A stretch of 64,000 bases of DNA from contig JAEETJ010000003.1 of NCBI GenBank assembly GCA_016290295.1, positions 127,048-191,047 on the forward strand, written 5' to 3'. Of this stretch, positions 18,650 through 26,789 are shown one piece after another. Both the position numbers and the translations under genes were made by a program. Positions within the stretch are counted from its first letter, which is position 1; each line of letters starts with the position of its first letter. The stretch is from Bacteroidales bacterium (GTDB taxonomy: Bacteria; Bacteroidota; Bacteroidia; Bacteroidales; WCHB1-69). Under the pieces are notes generated by a model. That model saw nothing but the letters and a program-made list of their open reading frames with translations. It made no database searches and was not told the DNA's origin.

Positions 18650-18702
18650 TTGATATTGAATCCTCTGCGAGGATATTTTCCCCGTCAGGGGATAAATATC
18701 AA
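18650..18702. repeat. three-way-junction repeat, copy 1
   Basis: Closing stem TTGATATT/AATATCAA encloses hairpins ATCCTC-TGC-GAGGAT and TCCCC-GTCA-GGGGA. Its reverse complement aligns with 32849..32910. Confidence 0.75.
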
Positions 18703-19253
18703 TAATTTCTGGCTTCTACCTGGAAATAGGACTGCGGATGGTCGCAAACGGGGCAGATTTTGGGAGCCTTTTTGCCGATGACGATGTGACCGCAGTTGGC
18801 ACATTGCCAGATGGCTTCGCCGTCCTTGGAGAACACCTTCTCGTCCTCAATGTTCTGTAACAGTTTGCGATAGCGCTCCTCATGGTGTTTCTCAATGGCT
18901 GCTACCATCTCGAATTTTCTGGCGATTTCGGTGAAACCTTCCTCTCGGGCTTCTTTGGCCATGCGGGCGTACATGTCGGTCCATTCGAAATTCTCGCCTG
19001 CGGCGGCGTCGGCCAGATTCTCGGCGGTTGAGCCTATTTCACCTCCGTGCAGGTATTTGTACCATATCTTGGCATGTTCGCGCTCGTTGGCAGCGGTTTC
19101 TTCAAACAGGGCTGCAATTTGCACAAAACCTTCCTTCTTGGCCTTGGAGGCGAAGTAGGTGTATTTGTTGCGGGCCATTGATTCGCCAGCGAAAGCCTCT
19201 TCTAAGTTTTTCTCGGTTTTTGTGCCTTTCAGCGATTTGGGTGCTTCACTCAT
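18699..19253 (-). CDS. rbr: rubrerythrin
   Basis: 184 aa. Ferritin-like diiron domain ([20 protein letters not shown]) plus C-terminal rubredoxin-like CANCG...CPVC. Confidence 0.95.
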   Translation of the reverse strand: MSEAPKSLKGTKTEKNLEEAFAGESMARNKYTYFASKAKKEGFVQIAALFEETAANEREHAKIWYKYLHGGEIGSTAENLADAAAGENFEWTDMYARMAKEAREEGFTEIARKFEMVAAIEKHHEERYRKLLQNIEDEKVFSKDGEAIWQCANCGHIVIGKKAPKICPVCDHPQSYFQVEARNY

Positions 19254-19310
19254 GATGTTGTGATTTTTAAGGGTTGATAATAATGTTTTGAAAATTCAAA
19301 TTTGATACTG

Positions 19311-19318
19311 CAAAGATA
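19311..19318 (-). promoter_or_regulatory. -7 promoter box (TATCTTTG)
   Basis: Plus strand reads CAAAGATA, 58 nt upstream of the rbr ATG. Confidence 0.55.
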
Positions 19319-19381
19319 GTTTTTTTTTGTAAAAATGGCAATAAAAATTTTTCGGTCACGTTTTGTTTAGACTGAAAAATG

Positions 19382-19389
19382 TATTTTTG
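19382..19389 (+). promoter_or_regulatory. -7 promoter box (TATTTTTG)
   Basis: 25 nt upstream of ATG 19414. The surrounding TGTATTTTTGTAGTCC is conserved upstream of the paralogue at 33073. Confidence 0.6.
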
Positions 19390-19413
19390 TAGTCCAATAT
19401 TATTAACATCACC

Positions 19414-20466
19414 ATGAAAATTAAACTTTGTGTTAGCTTATTGTTGGCTATGCTGATAATCTCCTGCGGGCAGCCGAAACCCAAAGAAATTGAACAGGAA
19501 CCAGTTTCGGAAGAGGAATTGATAGCGCAATATGCTGAACCTGAGAATCTTTCGGAGTATGCGAAGACATTAGTTGTGCCTACGATGGAACATCTGATTC
19601 CTGTGGATTCCAATTCGTTTTATTGTGCCACGCTGTTGTTTGCCTGGGATGAGGTCAGGAAAATCGTCGGTTCGACTTTGTCTATTCCTGAAAAATATCG
19701 GGATTTGAGGCTGCTTAATGCCTCTACCTCTTTTCGGGACGTGCTGAAACCAACTGAATACAAAGCAAGTGGAGAGATTCAGGGAGATTACATTTTTGCC
19801 CGTGCTGAATTTGAAAAGTCGCTGCCGTTTGCTTGTCAGCTTCAGACATATAAGAATAAACTAACTTTTGACAGACAAAAAGTCGATGCGTTTGGAGTAA
19901 AGGGTGAAGACGGGGACGAAATGACTAATGTGGTGGAAATTCTATACTATAAGAATGATAATAATTTTATTATCAAGCTAATACCTATAGAGAAGGAGCA
20001 TGAAATCGTTCTGTTTAAGACAGGAAAAACATACCAAACTATGGCTGAAATGAGTTCTGCTGTGGACAGTTTGATTAAACTTGGTCAGAAAGAACAAACT
20101 GTTCAAAGCAAGAAATGGAAATATCAGTTCAGGGTTGACGATGAAGTGATTGTTCCCGTTATAGATTTCGATATCAGTGCTACATTTGGCAAGATAATCG
20201 GCAATGTGTTCAGCTCTAATTCTTTGGAATATAAAATTTTACAGGCATGGCAACGGACCGCTTTCAAGCTGAACGAAAAGGGTGCGGAATTGGTGAGTCA
20301 GTCGGAGATTATCTGTTCTCTGGGTGTTGATATTGACGAGGATAAAATTGCTCCCAAAAAGATGATTTTCGACAAGCCGTTTTATGTAATGCTTCGACGT
20401 ACAGATGCTCCAAACCCGTACTTCTGTCTGCATGTGGTCAATGCCGAGTTGCTGGTGAAGGAGTAG
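19414..20466 (+). CDS. serpin-like lipoprotein (paralogue 1)
   Basis: 350 aa. Lipoprotein signal (LLAMLIISCG), hinge-like AFKLNEKGAELVS, and C-terminal MIFDKPFYVML, which fits the serpin signature as I recall it. Confidence 0.55.
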   Translation: MKIKLCVSLLLAMLIISCGQPKPKEIEQEPVSEEELIAQYAEPENLSEYAKTLVVPTMEHLIPVDSNSFYCATLLFAWDEVRKIVGSTLSIPEKYRDLRLLNASTSFRDVLKPTEYKASGEIQGDYIFARAEFEKSLPFACQLQTYKNKLTFDRQKVDAFGVKGEDGDEMTNVVEILYYKNDNNFIIKLIPIEKEHEIVLFKTGKTYQTMAEMSSAVDSLIKLGQKEQTVQSKKWKYQFRVDDEVIVPVIDFDISATFGKIIGNVFSSNSLEYKILQAWQRTAFKLNEKGAELVSQSEIICSLGVDIDEDKIAPKKMIFDKPFYVMLRRTDAPNPYFCLHVVNAELLVKE

Positions 20467-20614
20467 TGATAAAAGCAGCTATAAGAAAGATGAAATTTTG
20501 ACGTCAGCGATAATTTCTCACTTTCGCGGCGGGCAAATGTTGTGCTTCGGTGCACGCGACACCTGCGCCGCGAACAAACATACGGGGCATCCTCATCCCC
20601 GGGGTAGCGGCGCT

Positions 20615-20633
20615 CGTTCCTCGCACCTTACCC
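20615..20633. repeat. inverted repeat, left arm (19 bp perfect)
   Basis: CGTTCCTCGCACCTTACCC. Its exact reverse complement is at 20986..21004, and imperfect similarity extends ~70 bp inward. Confidence 0.85.
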
Positions 20634-20985
20634 CGGGCTACCAAGCCCAGCAGACCTAACGGCCTGCCCAAATAATATGTGGCGTCCCGTTTTGCCTTGC
20701 CATGTAGACCTACGGCCTGCCAAAATAAATGCATTCCGCCAAGAATGCGTGTTTTATAAATCCCCGGTGTCACCACCAATAAGAAGCACTCCGTCAGGAG
20801 TGCGGGGCTTGGTAGAATGTCATGTTAGCATAATTAATTCGCACGCCAGAGGTGTGCGGGCTTTGAACAAACAAACAACTAAACGGCTGAAAGCTGTGTG
20901 AGAGCTTAGCAAAGGGTAAACCCCTGATGTGATGAATACTGCCCGATATTATTGCAGGCTGTAGGCCTGCAAGCAGCATAGCTCA

Positions 20986-21004
20986 GGGTAAGGTGCGAGG
21001 AACG
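20986..21004. repeat. inverted repeat, right arm (19 bp perfect)
   Basis: GGGTAAGGTGCGAGGAACG is the reverse complement of 20615..20633; the spacer is 352 bp. Confidence 0.85.
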
Positions 21005-21186
21005 TGCACCGCAAGCCTGGGTAAAGGTGGATCTGTGAATTGGCCTATGAACCTGCCCCGAAGCTCTGTACTGCTCACCTCGGAAGGAATTCATTATAGT
21101 TGATGCAAAAAAAACGCGCAGTAGCCATGAAAAACTCATTTCTAAAAAAAAGTGCAATAAACACTTGAAAATTTAAAAATAATATG

Positions 21187-21194
21187 TAATTTTG
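21187..21194 (+). promoter_or_regulatory. -7 promoter box (TAATTTTG)
   Basis: Exact TAnnTTTG, 86 nt upstream of ATG 21280 and outside the inverted-repeat element. Confidence 0.5.
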
Positions 21195-21279
21195 CCCTGT
21201 TATATTTCCGGATTTTTTTGTAATGGACTTTGCAAGGTCTGAAAGTATGACGTGAAATATAAAAAAAATAGAAATCCCC

Positions 21280-23289
21280 ATGATTATGAAAAATTTTGAC
21301 TTTTTACAAAAATTGACACAGCGTGAATGCTCAGTTCCCCGATGGAATCTAATGGCACTTCTGCTGATATTGCTGCTAATGTCGCCGGCAGTCTTGTTAC
21401 CGGTTTCCGCTCAGATTTCTAGTGAACCCGAGACTCTCACAACCGCCAATTCAACGCTTATTTGTCCTGCCAACATTGACGACACCATCCGTCATGGTGG
21501 CTGCAACTTGAAGCTGAGCATTGGTGTGCCGACCTTCAGCACAACTACCAGCTTGCCGATGAGTGAAATCACCATCAGCAACAATGCTCCTGTCGACAGC
21601 ATTTATCCTGTCGGCGAGACCGTGGTAAGATGGGTGGCCAAGAGCTTGTCCGGTGACAGTGTGTTCTGTGACCAGATTGTCAAAGTCAGCTTCCTGCCCT
21701 GTCCCGATGCTGTTGACTATGAGGGCACAATTTACCAGTCTGTCCATCTGGGCAGCGATTGCAAGTGCTGGACCACCACGAACCTGAGGTCAACGAAGTA
21801 CAGCGATGGTCGTCAGATCGAGAATGTGATGAGTTGCCACTCATACGAGTATCCTAACACTACGGAGAATGTGGACATCTTTGGCCATCTGTACAACTGG
21901 TATGCGGCTGTCGACACAGGAAGATACGGTTCTGTGGATTCAGTGGAGAGAGCTTACAACATGGGGCATCGCATCCAGGGTATCTGTCCTGACGGCTGGT
22001 ATTTGCCATCGGATGAGGAATACGACGAGTTGAACATACACTCTTCTGAAGATCTGAGATCAGTCAACTACTGGATTGATGGTGCAAACAATACCAACGC
22101 AACAGGCTTCAACTCACTTCCTGGCGGTAATTATAACTGTGTCAACGGCAGATACGAGAGCATCATGGGAAATGCCTACTATTGGACCTGTCATCCGGTA
22201 TATGACATGGCTACCGGTGCCATGATTGACTATGTCTGCGAGAAGATAGTTGTTTCACCGAATCCCCGTTGCAGCGGTTACAGTATCAGATGTATCTATG
22301 AATTCTATGAACTTCCTGTGATAGGACTGCCCACGGTAACCACACGTGCAGCGAGCAATGTTACGGCCATTACGGCAACCCTTGGCGGTAACGTTACCTC
22401 TGATGGCGGTGCTCCCGTAACCGCCCGCGGTGTGTGTTGGGGAACCTCTACAAGTGCTATCAACAGTTGCTCCACTGACGGCAGCGGTACGGGCAGCTTC
22501 ATTAGCAGTCTCTCTAATTTGAGTGAAGGAACAACCTACTTTGTGCAGGCGTATGCCACCAACAGCGAAGGCACGGCATACGGAGAGTTTGTGAACTTTA
22601 CCACCGAAGTAAGCGGTTCTCCATGCTCTGGATTAACCGTTACCGACATCGATGGCAACAGCTACTATACCCTGCAGATGGGCAGCCAGTGCTGGATGAT
22701 GGAGAACCTGCGCTCCACACGCTATGCGGATGGCACTCCCATTTCCTTAGGTTCTAGCTCCAGCACAATAACGCCGTGCCGTTATAACCCCAATAACAAC
22801 GCCGACAATGTTCCCACTCACGGCTACCTATACAACTGGTTTGCGGTGATGCATGGTACCTCTTCCTCATCTGCCAATCCCAGTGGCGTGCAAGGTATTT
22901 GTCCGGATGGCTGGCATGTTCCAAGTGATGCGGAGTGGACAGAACTGACCAACTATGTGGGTAGTCAGACGCGGTATCAGTGCAACAATAGCAGTGAATA
23001 CATTGCCAAGGCGTTGGCCTCTACCACAGGATGGAGTAATAGCAGCAACACATGTGCAGTGGGAAATAATTCCAGCACGAATAACGCCACACATTTTTCA
23101 GCTCTTCCCACTGGCTACTACATCAACGGCAGCTACGGCAGTTTTGGCGACGGCACCAGTTTCTGGTGTGCTACGGAGAACGGTGACTACGAAGCGTACT
23201 ACCGTTACCTCTACTATAAAAACGATAACGTGGGCAGGGTGAGCAACGATAAGAGCTACGGTTTCCCGGTCCGTTGCGTGCGCGATTAG
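21280..23289 (+). CDS. secreted protein with two FISUMP (Fibrobacter succinogenes major paralogous) domains
   Basis: 669 aa. Two copies of G(H/Y)LYNW(Y/F)A + GICPDGWx(L/V)PSD + G(Y/F)x(I/V)RC(I/V). Fn3-like module between them (VTARGVCWGTS). The signal peptide starts only at residue ~25, so an alternative start at 21352 is possible. Confidence 0.85.
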   Translation: MIMKNFDFLQKLTQRECSVPRWNLMALLLILLLMSPAVLLPVSAQISSEPETLTTANSTLICPANIDDTIRHGGCNLKLSIGVPTFSTTTSLPMSEITISNNAPVDSIYPVGETVVRWVAKSLSGDSVFCDQIVKVSFLPCPDAVDYEGTIYQSVHLGSDCKCWTTTNLRSTKYSDGRQIENVMSCHSYEYPNTTENVDIFGHLYNWYAAVDTGRYGSVDSVERAYNMGHRIQGICPDGWYLPSDEEYDELNIHSSEDLRSVNYWIDGANNTNATGFNSLPGGNYNCVNGRYESIMGNAYYWTCHPVYDMATGAMIDYVCEKIVVSPNPRCSGYSIRCIYEFYELPVIGLPTVTTRAASNVTAITATLGGNVTSDGGAPVTARGVCWGTSTSAINSCSTDGSGTGSFISSLSNLSEGTTYFVQAYATNSEGTAYGEFVNFTTEVSGSPCSGLTVTDIDGNSYYTLQMGSQCWMMENLRSTRYADGTPISLGSSSSTITPCRYNPNNNADNVPTHGYLYNWFAVMHGTSSSSANPSGVQGICPDGWHVPSDAEWTELTNYVGSQTRYQCNNSSEYIAKALASTTGWSNSSNTCAVGNNSSTNNATHFSALPTGYYINGSYGSFGDGTSFWCATENGDYEAYYRYLYYKNDNVGRVSNDKSYGFPVRCVRD

Positions 23290-23291
23290 AG

Positions 23292-23351
23292 CAGACCGCA
23301 AAAGCGCGAAGCGCCAAAGCGGTCTGAAAGGAAAAAACCGCCGTAAGGCGG
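23292..23351. terminator. nested GC hairpins between convergent genes (probable bidirectional terminator)
   Basis: CAGACCGC...GCGGTCTG encloses GCGC-GAA-GCGC, followed by CCGCC-GTAA-GGCGG. Lies between the stops at 23289 (+) and 23377 (-). Confidence 0.5.
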
Positions 23352-23376
23352 GCAATGGGAGATTGCTTATACTTAG

Positions 23377-24258
23377 TTAGTACTTGATCTTAAAATAGTT
23401 AAGCAATAACCTGTACTGATCTTGCGCGGTCAGGCAGGTGTCACGTAGGTAGCCGTTGATTTGGCCCCATTTTTGAAGACCACGGTAATAGAACAATCGA
23501 AGCTCCTCAGTGATAATGAATGGCACATGGCCGCTTTGCAGACACTGCCAGAACATGAGTAGGCGTCCGACACGTCCGTTGCCGTCTTGAAAGGGGTGAA
23601 TGCGTTCAAATTGCACATGGAAATTCAAAATGTCATCAAATTGAACTTCTTTGAGCGCATTATATTCCGCAAGCAAGTTCTTGATATGCTTGCTAACATT
23701 TTCGGGCTTAACGGTCTCCTCACCACCCACCTCATTGGGCAAGCGTTTGTAATCTCCAATGGCAAACCACGATTTGCGACTGTCGGAAGTATTGGTCTTC
23801 AATATCAGATGCAGTTGTTTCAGCTGAGCTTCTGTGATCTTGTCTGTAGCGTGATCGATGATGTAGTCTATGCATCGGAAATGATTGACCGTCTCCATGA
23901 TATCGTCGATACGGGTGCTTTTGGCGGTGATGCCAAGGGTGTTGGTCTCAAAAATGTGGCGGGTCTGCTCCTTGGTCAGGCGACTGCCTTCTATATGGTT
24001 GGAGTTATAAGTTAGGTCTATTTGCGTACGGTGGTAAATCCCGCCTTTTAATTTGGATTCTTTTTCTTCCTTCAGTCGTTGTAGTAAGGGTGATATGCGC
24101 TGTTTCCCCTTGCGAGGAAGGGGTGCGTCAGCGGGAATGTTCCATGTCTTACCAGTCAGAAACGATCCGTCAATTTTCCCTGTGGCGCAATAATTGCGGG
24201 CGGTTCGTTCGCTGATACCGTATTTTTCGGCATATTGGGTGACTGAGATGTATTCCAT
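23377..24258 (-). CDS. Fic family protein with N-terminal HTH and internal inhibitory motif (class II-like)
   Basis: Fic motif HPFQDGNGRVGR; inhibitory-helix motif SNHIEG, matching (S/T)xxxE(G/N); N-terminal ISVTQYAEKYGISERTARNY HTH. Start trimmed to ATG 24258 because the -7 box at 24292 lies inside the longer ORF. Confidence 0.88.
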   Translation of the reverse strand: MEYISVTQYAEKYGISERTARNYCATGKIDGSFLTGKTWNIPADAPLPRKGKQRISPLLQRLKEEKESKLKGGIYHRTQIDLTYNSNHIEGSRLTKEQTRHIFETNTLGITAKSTRIDDIMETVNHFRCIDYIIDHATDKITEAQLKQLHLILKTNTSDSRKSWFAIGDYKRLPNEVGGEETVKPENVSKHIKNLLAEYNALKEVQFDDILNFHVQFERIHPFQDGNGRVGRLLMFWQCLQSGHVPFIITEELRLFYYRGLQKWGQINGYLRDTCLTAQDQYRLLLNYFKIKY

Positions 24259-24291
24259 ACTATCGGCAAGTTTTTTTTGTGAAATCTGCCG

Positions 24292-24299
24292 CAAAGATA
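24292..24299 (-). promoter_or_regulatory. -7 promoter box (TATCTTTG)
   Basis: Plus strand reads CAAAGATA, 34 nt upstream of ATG 24258. Confidence 0.55.
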
Positions 24300-24303
24300 C
24301 TAA

Positions 24304-24325
24304 TTTTTGCCGATATCGGCAAAAA
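24304..24325. promoter_or_regulatory. perfect 22-bp palindrome (candidate operator)
   Basis: TTTTTGCCGATATCGGCAAAAA, immediately upstream of the fic -7 box. A half-site TATCGGCAA recurs at 24261..24269 next to the ATG. Confidence 0.4.
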
Positions 24326-24371
24326 ATCAGTGTAAAATTTTTATGACGCATGTTCAAGACGGTGCGTCTTC

Positions 24372-26078
24372 CTACTCCTTCAACCACTCCAGTGCCTTCT
24401 CCATGATTTCGTCGCGGCCATTGCGGATGCCTTGGACCGTAGGCCAGACATAGATGTCGGGGATGATGCCGACACGCTGGGTTTCGGTGCCGTCAGGGTA
24501 ATATATGCCGATGCCGGAGAAATAGGAGTTGACTCCACCGGGAAGTTGGATTTTCACCACATTGCCGTCAGCACCCGCCGTCGTGTTGCCGATGACGATG
24601 CTGTTGGGAAGCGTGCGGTACATCATGGTGCAGAACTCCGCATGACTCTGTGATTCTTCATCGATGAGGATGGCAATCTTGCCAGGATACGCTTGTTTTC
24701 CTTTTCCAGTATAAACTGGTTTTGAAAACGTGAACTGACCGGGATTGACCATGTTGGCTTCTGTGGCCTTGAAAAATGGTCTTGATTTGTCAGCCAGGAT
24801 AGCGTAAAATTTGTAGTTGATGGTCTCATTCGGATACTCTCTCAAATCTAAAATCAGACTTTTTGTGGTGTGCAAGGTGTCCGCAATGCGTTTCACCCAT
24901 GCTTCGGTGATGTCGTCCATGGAGACATATCCGATGCTGTCGCCCAAGTCTTTGTAGCAGATGCTGTCGGTTTGGTAAACATACCCCATTTCATCAATAT
25001 TGTATCGGGCAACGGTGGCCTCTTTGGGAATTCCATCTGAAATGAAAGAGATGCTGACGGAGGGTTTGTTGCCGCCACAAATCTCCCATGACAATTGACG
25101 GAGTTTTACGGGATAGTTGGATGCTGCATAATAGGGTGCCAGGCTGTCAATCCAAAACGAAACGGGTTTCCCGTCGATGTGGGTGATGATATCACCAATG
25201 AGCGGCCCAGAACTGTCGATTTTCTCTGAGTCCCAATATGAAGTGACCACCAAGGTGTCGTTTTTCAGGAAGCTTACCTTGAATGGAGGCCGGTAATAAT
25301 CCAGTGATTTTGTCTGTTTTGAGGACCAGACCACCCCGTGGGTGTCGTCTATTTGGGCAATCAGGCGCCTAACTGCACTCCAATAGGATTTCTTGTCTGT
25401 GGCCGAGATGAAAGAAGGAATTTGATTCTTCATCACCGTGTTCCAGTCGGCATCCATGAGAGATTTGTATGGGAAGAAATAATGCACCATATTCCAGTAT
25501 CTGTATAGAGCCAGCAGTTGGAAACCGGCGTCAGGAAACTCTATATCAGCATAGTTGTTTTCGTGAGTGAAGTTGGCCGCTTTTACCCATAGAGATGAAA
25601 AGCTCACATAGTAAAGTCCATTGTTGCGGTTCTGGTACACTTTCATCAGCAGATTGTACAGCTTTGGCGACATAGTCTCCTGATTAATCCATGCCATATC
25701 GGGTTTCAGCACGGCGTTGGTGTCAACGGGTTTGACATTTTTGTTGACGGGGATCTTCCCAAAATGAAGAATCCATTTGGCCAGATAAGCGTCACGCTGT
25801 TTGTTGTCTTTAACCTGTATGTAGCCGGGCAGCATTTTGAAAAGCTCCTCATCCCAGTTGTACGTGCCTTTGGAAATGGTCGGATGGTGATACTTCAAGA
25901 ATCCCCACACACGTCCCAATAGGTCAAGATTGTCCACAAGTTGCGGGGTCATTTCAGGAAAAACCACACTAGAGCTGTGGTTATACGCTGTGTCTTTGAC
26001 CGTGCTTTGAGCAAATGACAAGTTGAAAATAAAAATTGTCAGAATTGCTGTGATAAAGAAGGTTCTGAGTTGTTTCAT
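24372..26078 (-). CDS. S41 family peptidase (secreted)
   Basis: 568 aa. Signal peptide MKQLRTFFITAILTIFIFNLSFAQ. C-terminal S41-like region (KIAILIDEESQSHAEF..., NTTAGADGNV). Confidence 0.7.
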   Translation of the reverse strand: MKQLRTFFITAILTIFIFNLSFAQSTVKDTAYNHSSSVVFPEMTPQLVDNLDLLGRVWGFLKYHHPTISKGTYNWDEELFKMLPGYIQVKDNKQRDAYLAKWILHFGKIPVNKNVKPVDTNAVLKPDMAWINQETMSPKLYNLLMKVYQNRNNGLYYVSFSSLWVKAANFTHENNYADIEFPDAGFQLLALYRYWNMVHYFFPYKSLMDADWNTVMKNQIPSFISATDKKSYWSAVRRLIAQIDDTHGVVWSSKQTKSLDYYRPPFKVSFLKNDTLVVTSYWDSEKIDSSGPLIGDIITHIDGKPVSFWIDSLAPYYAASNYPVKLRQLSWEICGGNKPSVSISFISDGIPKEATVARYNIDEMGYVYQTDSICYKDLGDSIGYVSMDDITEAWVKRIADTLHTTKSLILDLREYPNETINYKFYAILADKSRPFFKATEANMVNPGQFTFSKPVYTGKGKQAYPGKIAILIDEESQSHAEFCTMMYRTLPNSIVIGNTTAGADGNVVKIQLPGGVNSYFSGIGIYYPDGTETQRVGIIPDIYVWPTVQGIRNGRDEIMEKALEWLKE

Positions 26079-26112
26079 GGTTTTGATTTTGATATTTTCA
26101 TTTTTGCGAAGA

Positions 26113-26460
26113 TTATTTCCTCTTCTTTGTATATTTCGCTTTCACAATCTCGAAGGAGTTTTGTGTCAGCTCTTTGAGCAGGGTAGAGGGCACGCGGTTC
26201 ACCTGCACGCCAATCCAGTATTTGGGACTCATGTGGTCGGGGTCGCAGAAAGCGTCGGAGGATTCGCGCAGCTCTAGGATGCGTTCGGGTTGGCATTTGA
26301 GGTTTACAGCACTGAAGTCGTTGAGGTCGCAGTAGCAGAAGGTGTGGCCGCAGACGTAAAAGACCAGCACAGACTCGCCACCGGGCATCTTCGCGAAGGG
26401 CAATTTCTCCTCCACTTCGCCTAACGACAGACAAAACTCACGGAATTCTTCGATGTTCAT
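26113..26460 (-). CDS. MmcQ/YjbR family protein
   Basis: 115 aa from internal ATG (MNIEEFREFCLSLGEVEEKLPF...); matches the YjbR fold family by sequence pattern. The longer ORF would overlap the upstream gene. Confidence 0.75.
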   Translation of the reverse strand: MNIEEFREFCLSLGEVEEKLPFAKMPGGESVLVFYVCGHTFCYCDLNDFSAVNLKCQPERILELRESSDAFCDPDHMSPKYWIGVQVNRVPSTLLKELTQNSFEIVKAKYTKKRK

Positions 26461-26479
26461 AGTCAGGTGTTTTAGGGTG

Positions 26480-26782
26480 CTATTTTTCAGAATTGTACGG
26501 AATGTCGTTTTCTGCCACCTTTTCAGTTGGTTTTTCGTTAATGTCATATACCGCTACCCCTTTTTCAAAGAGGTATTCAGGGGCAAAATCAGCGCCGTTT
26601 TCCCATTCTATGGTATTGAAGTGTATGGTGAAATTCTTGAAATAATCCTTATCGAGGAGTGGTTTAAAGATTTCTCCGTTCAAAGAGTCTGAAAGGTCCA
26701 CATCCCTCACCATTCCGTTGTTGAACCACAATCGTATTTTGTATTCTTCTAAATATTCAGCTTTGTTAACTTCTAAAAACAT
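26480..26782 (-). CDS. DUF2442 domain protein
   Basis: 100 aa. YKIRLWFNNG..RDVDLS....IFKPLLDKDYF..F.....IEWENGADFAPEYL matches the DUF2442 pattern. Confidence 0.8.
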   Translation of the reverse strand: MFLEVNKAEYLEEYKIRLWFNNGMVRDVDLSDSLNGEIFKPLLDKDYFKNFTIHFNTIEWENGADFAPEYLFEKGVAVYDINEKPTEKVAENDIPYNSEK

Positions 26783-26789
26783 GATCTTG

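Larger units (their letters stand above)
20520..21060. other. GC-rich non-coding hairpin island
   Basis: No coherent ORF, only overlapping short ORFs on both strands. Multiple hairpins (GCACTCC-GTCA-GGAGTGC, GCATTC-CGCCAA-GAATGC, others) and internal direct and inverted repeats. Confidence 0.6.

Noticed and set aside
20634-20985. Invertible-promoter (inverton) interpretation of the segment between the 19-bp inverted repeats
   Set aside because: This is downgraded, not excluded. I found no TAnnTTTG box in either orientation inside the 352-bp spacer. A fixed box exists downstream at 21187, and no recombinase gene is visible in the window.
20504-21281. Short ORFs of 61-91 aa on both strands in the GC-rich island and the spacer that follows it
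   Set aside because: They overlap one another on both strands, are Arg/Gly/Pro/Ala-rich as expected from GC-rich non-coding DNA, and are cut by hairpins and inverted repeats.
24259-24387. N-terminal extensions of several ORF-track calls (Fic 24259..24387, EFR1 28770..28799, Asp-box protein 39398..39538, AAA+ 3048..3104, lplA 34047..34106, gcvT 39530..39568, YjbR 26461..26547)
   Set aside because: The extensions either contain the gene's own TAnnTTTG box, overlap the upstream gene, or begin on GTG/TTG. In each case an internal ATG gives a family-typical N-terminus or signal peptide.
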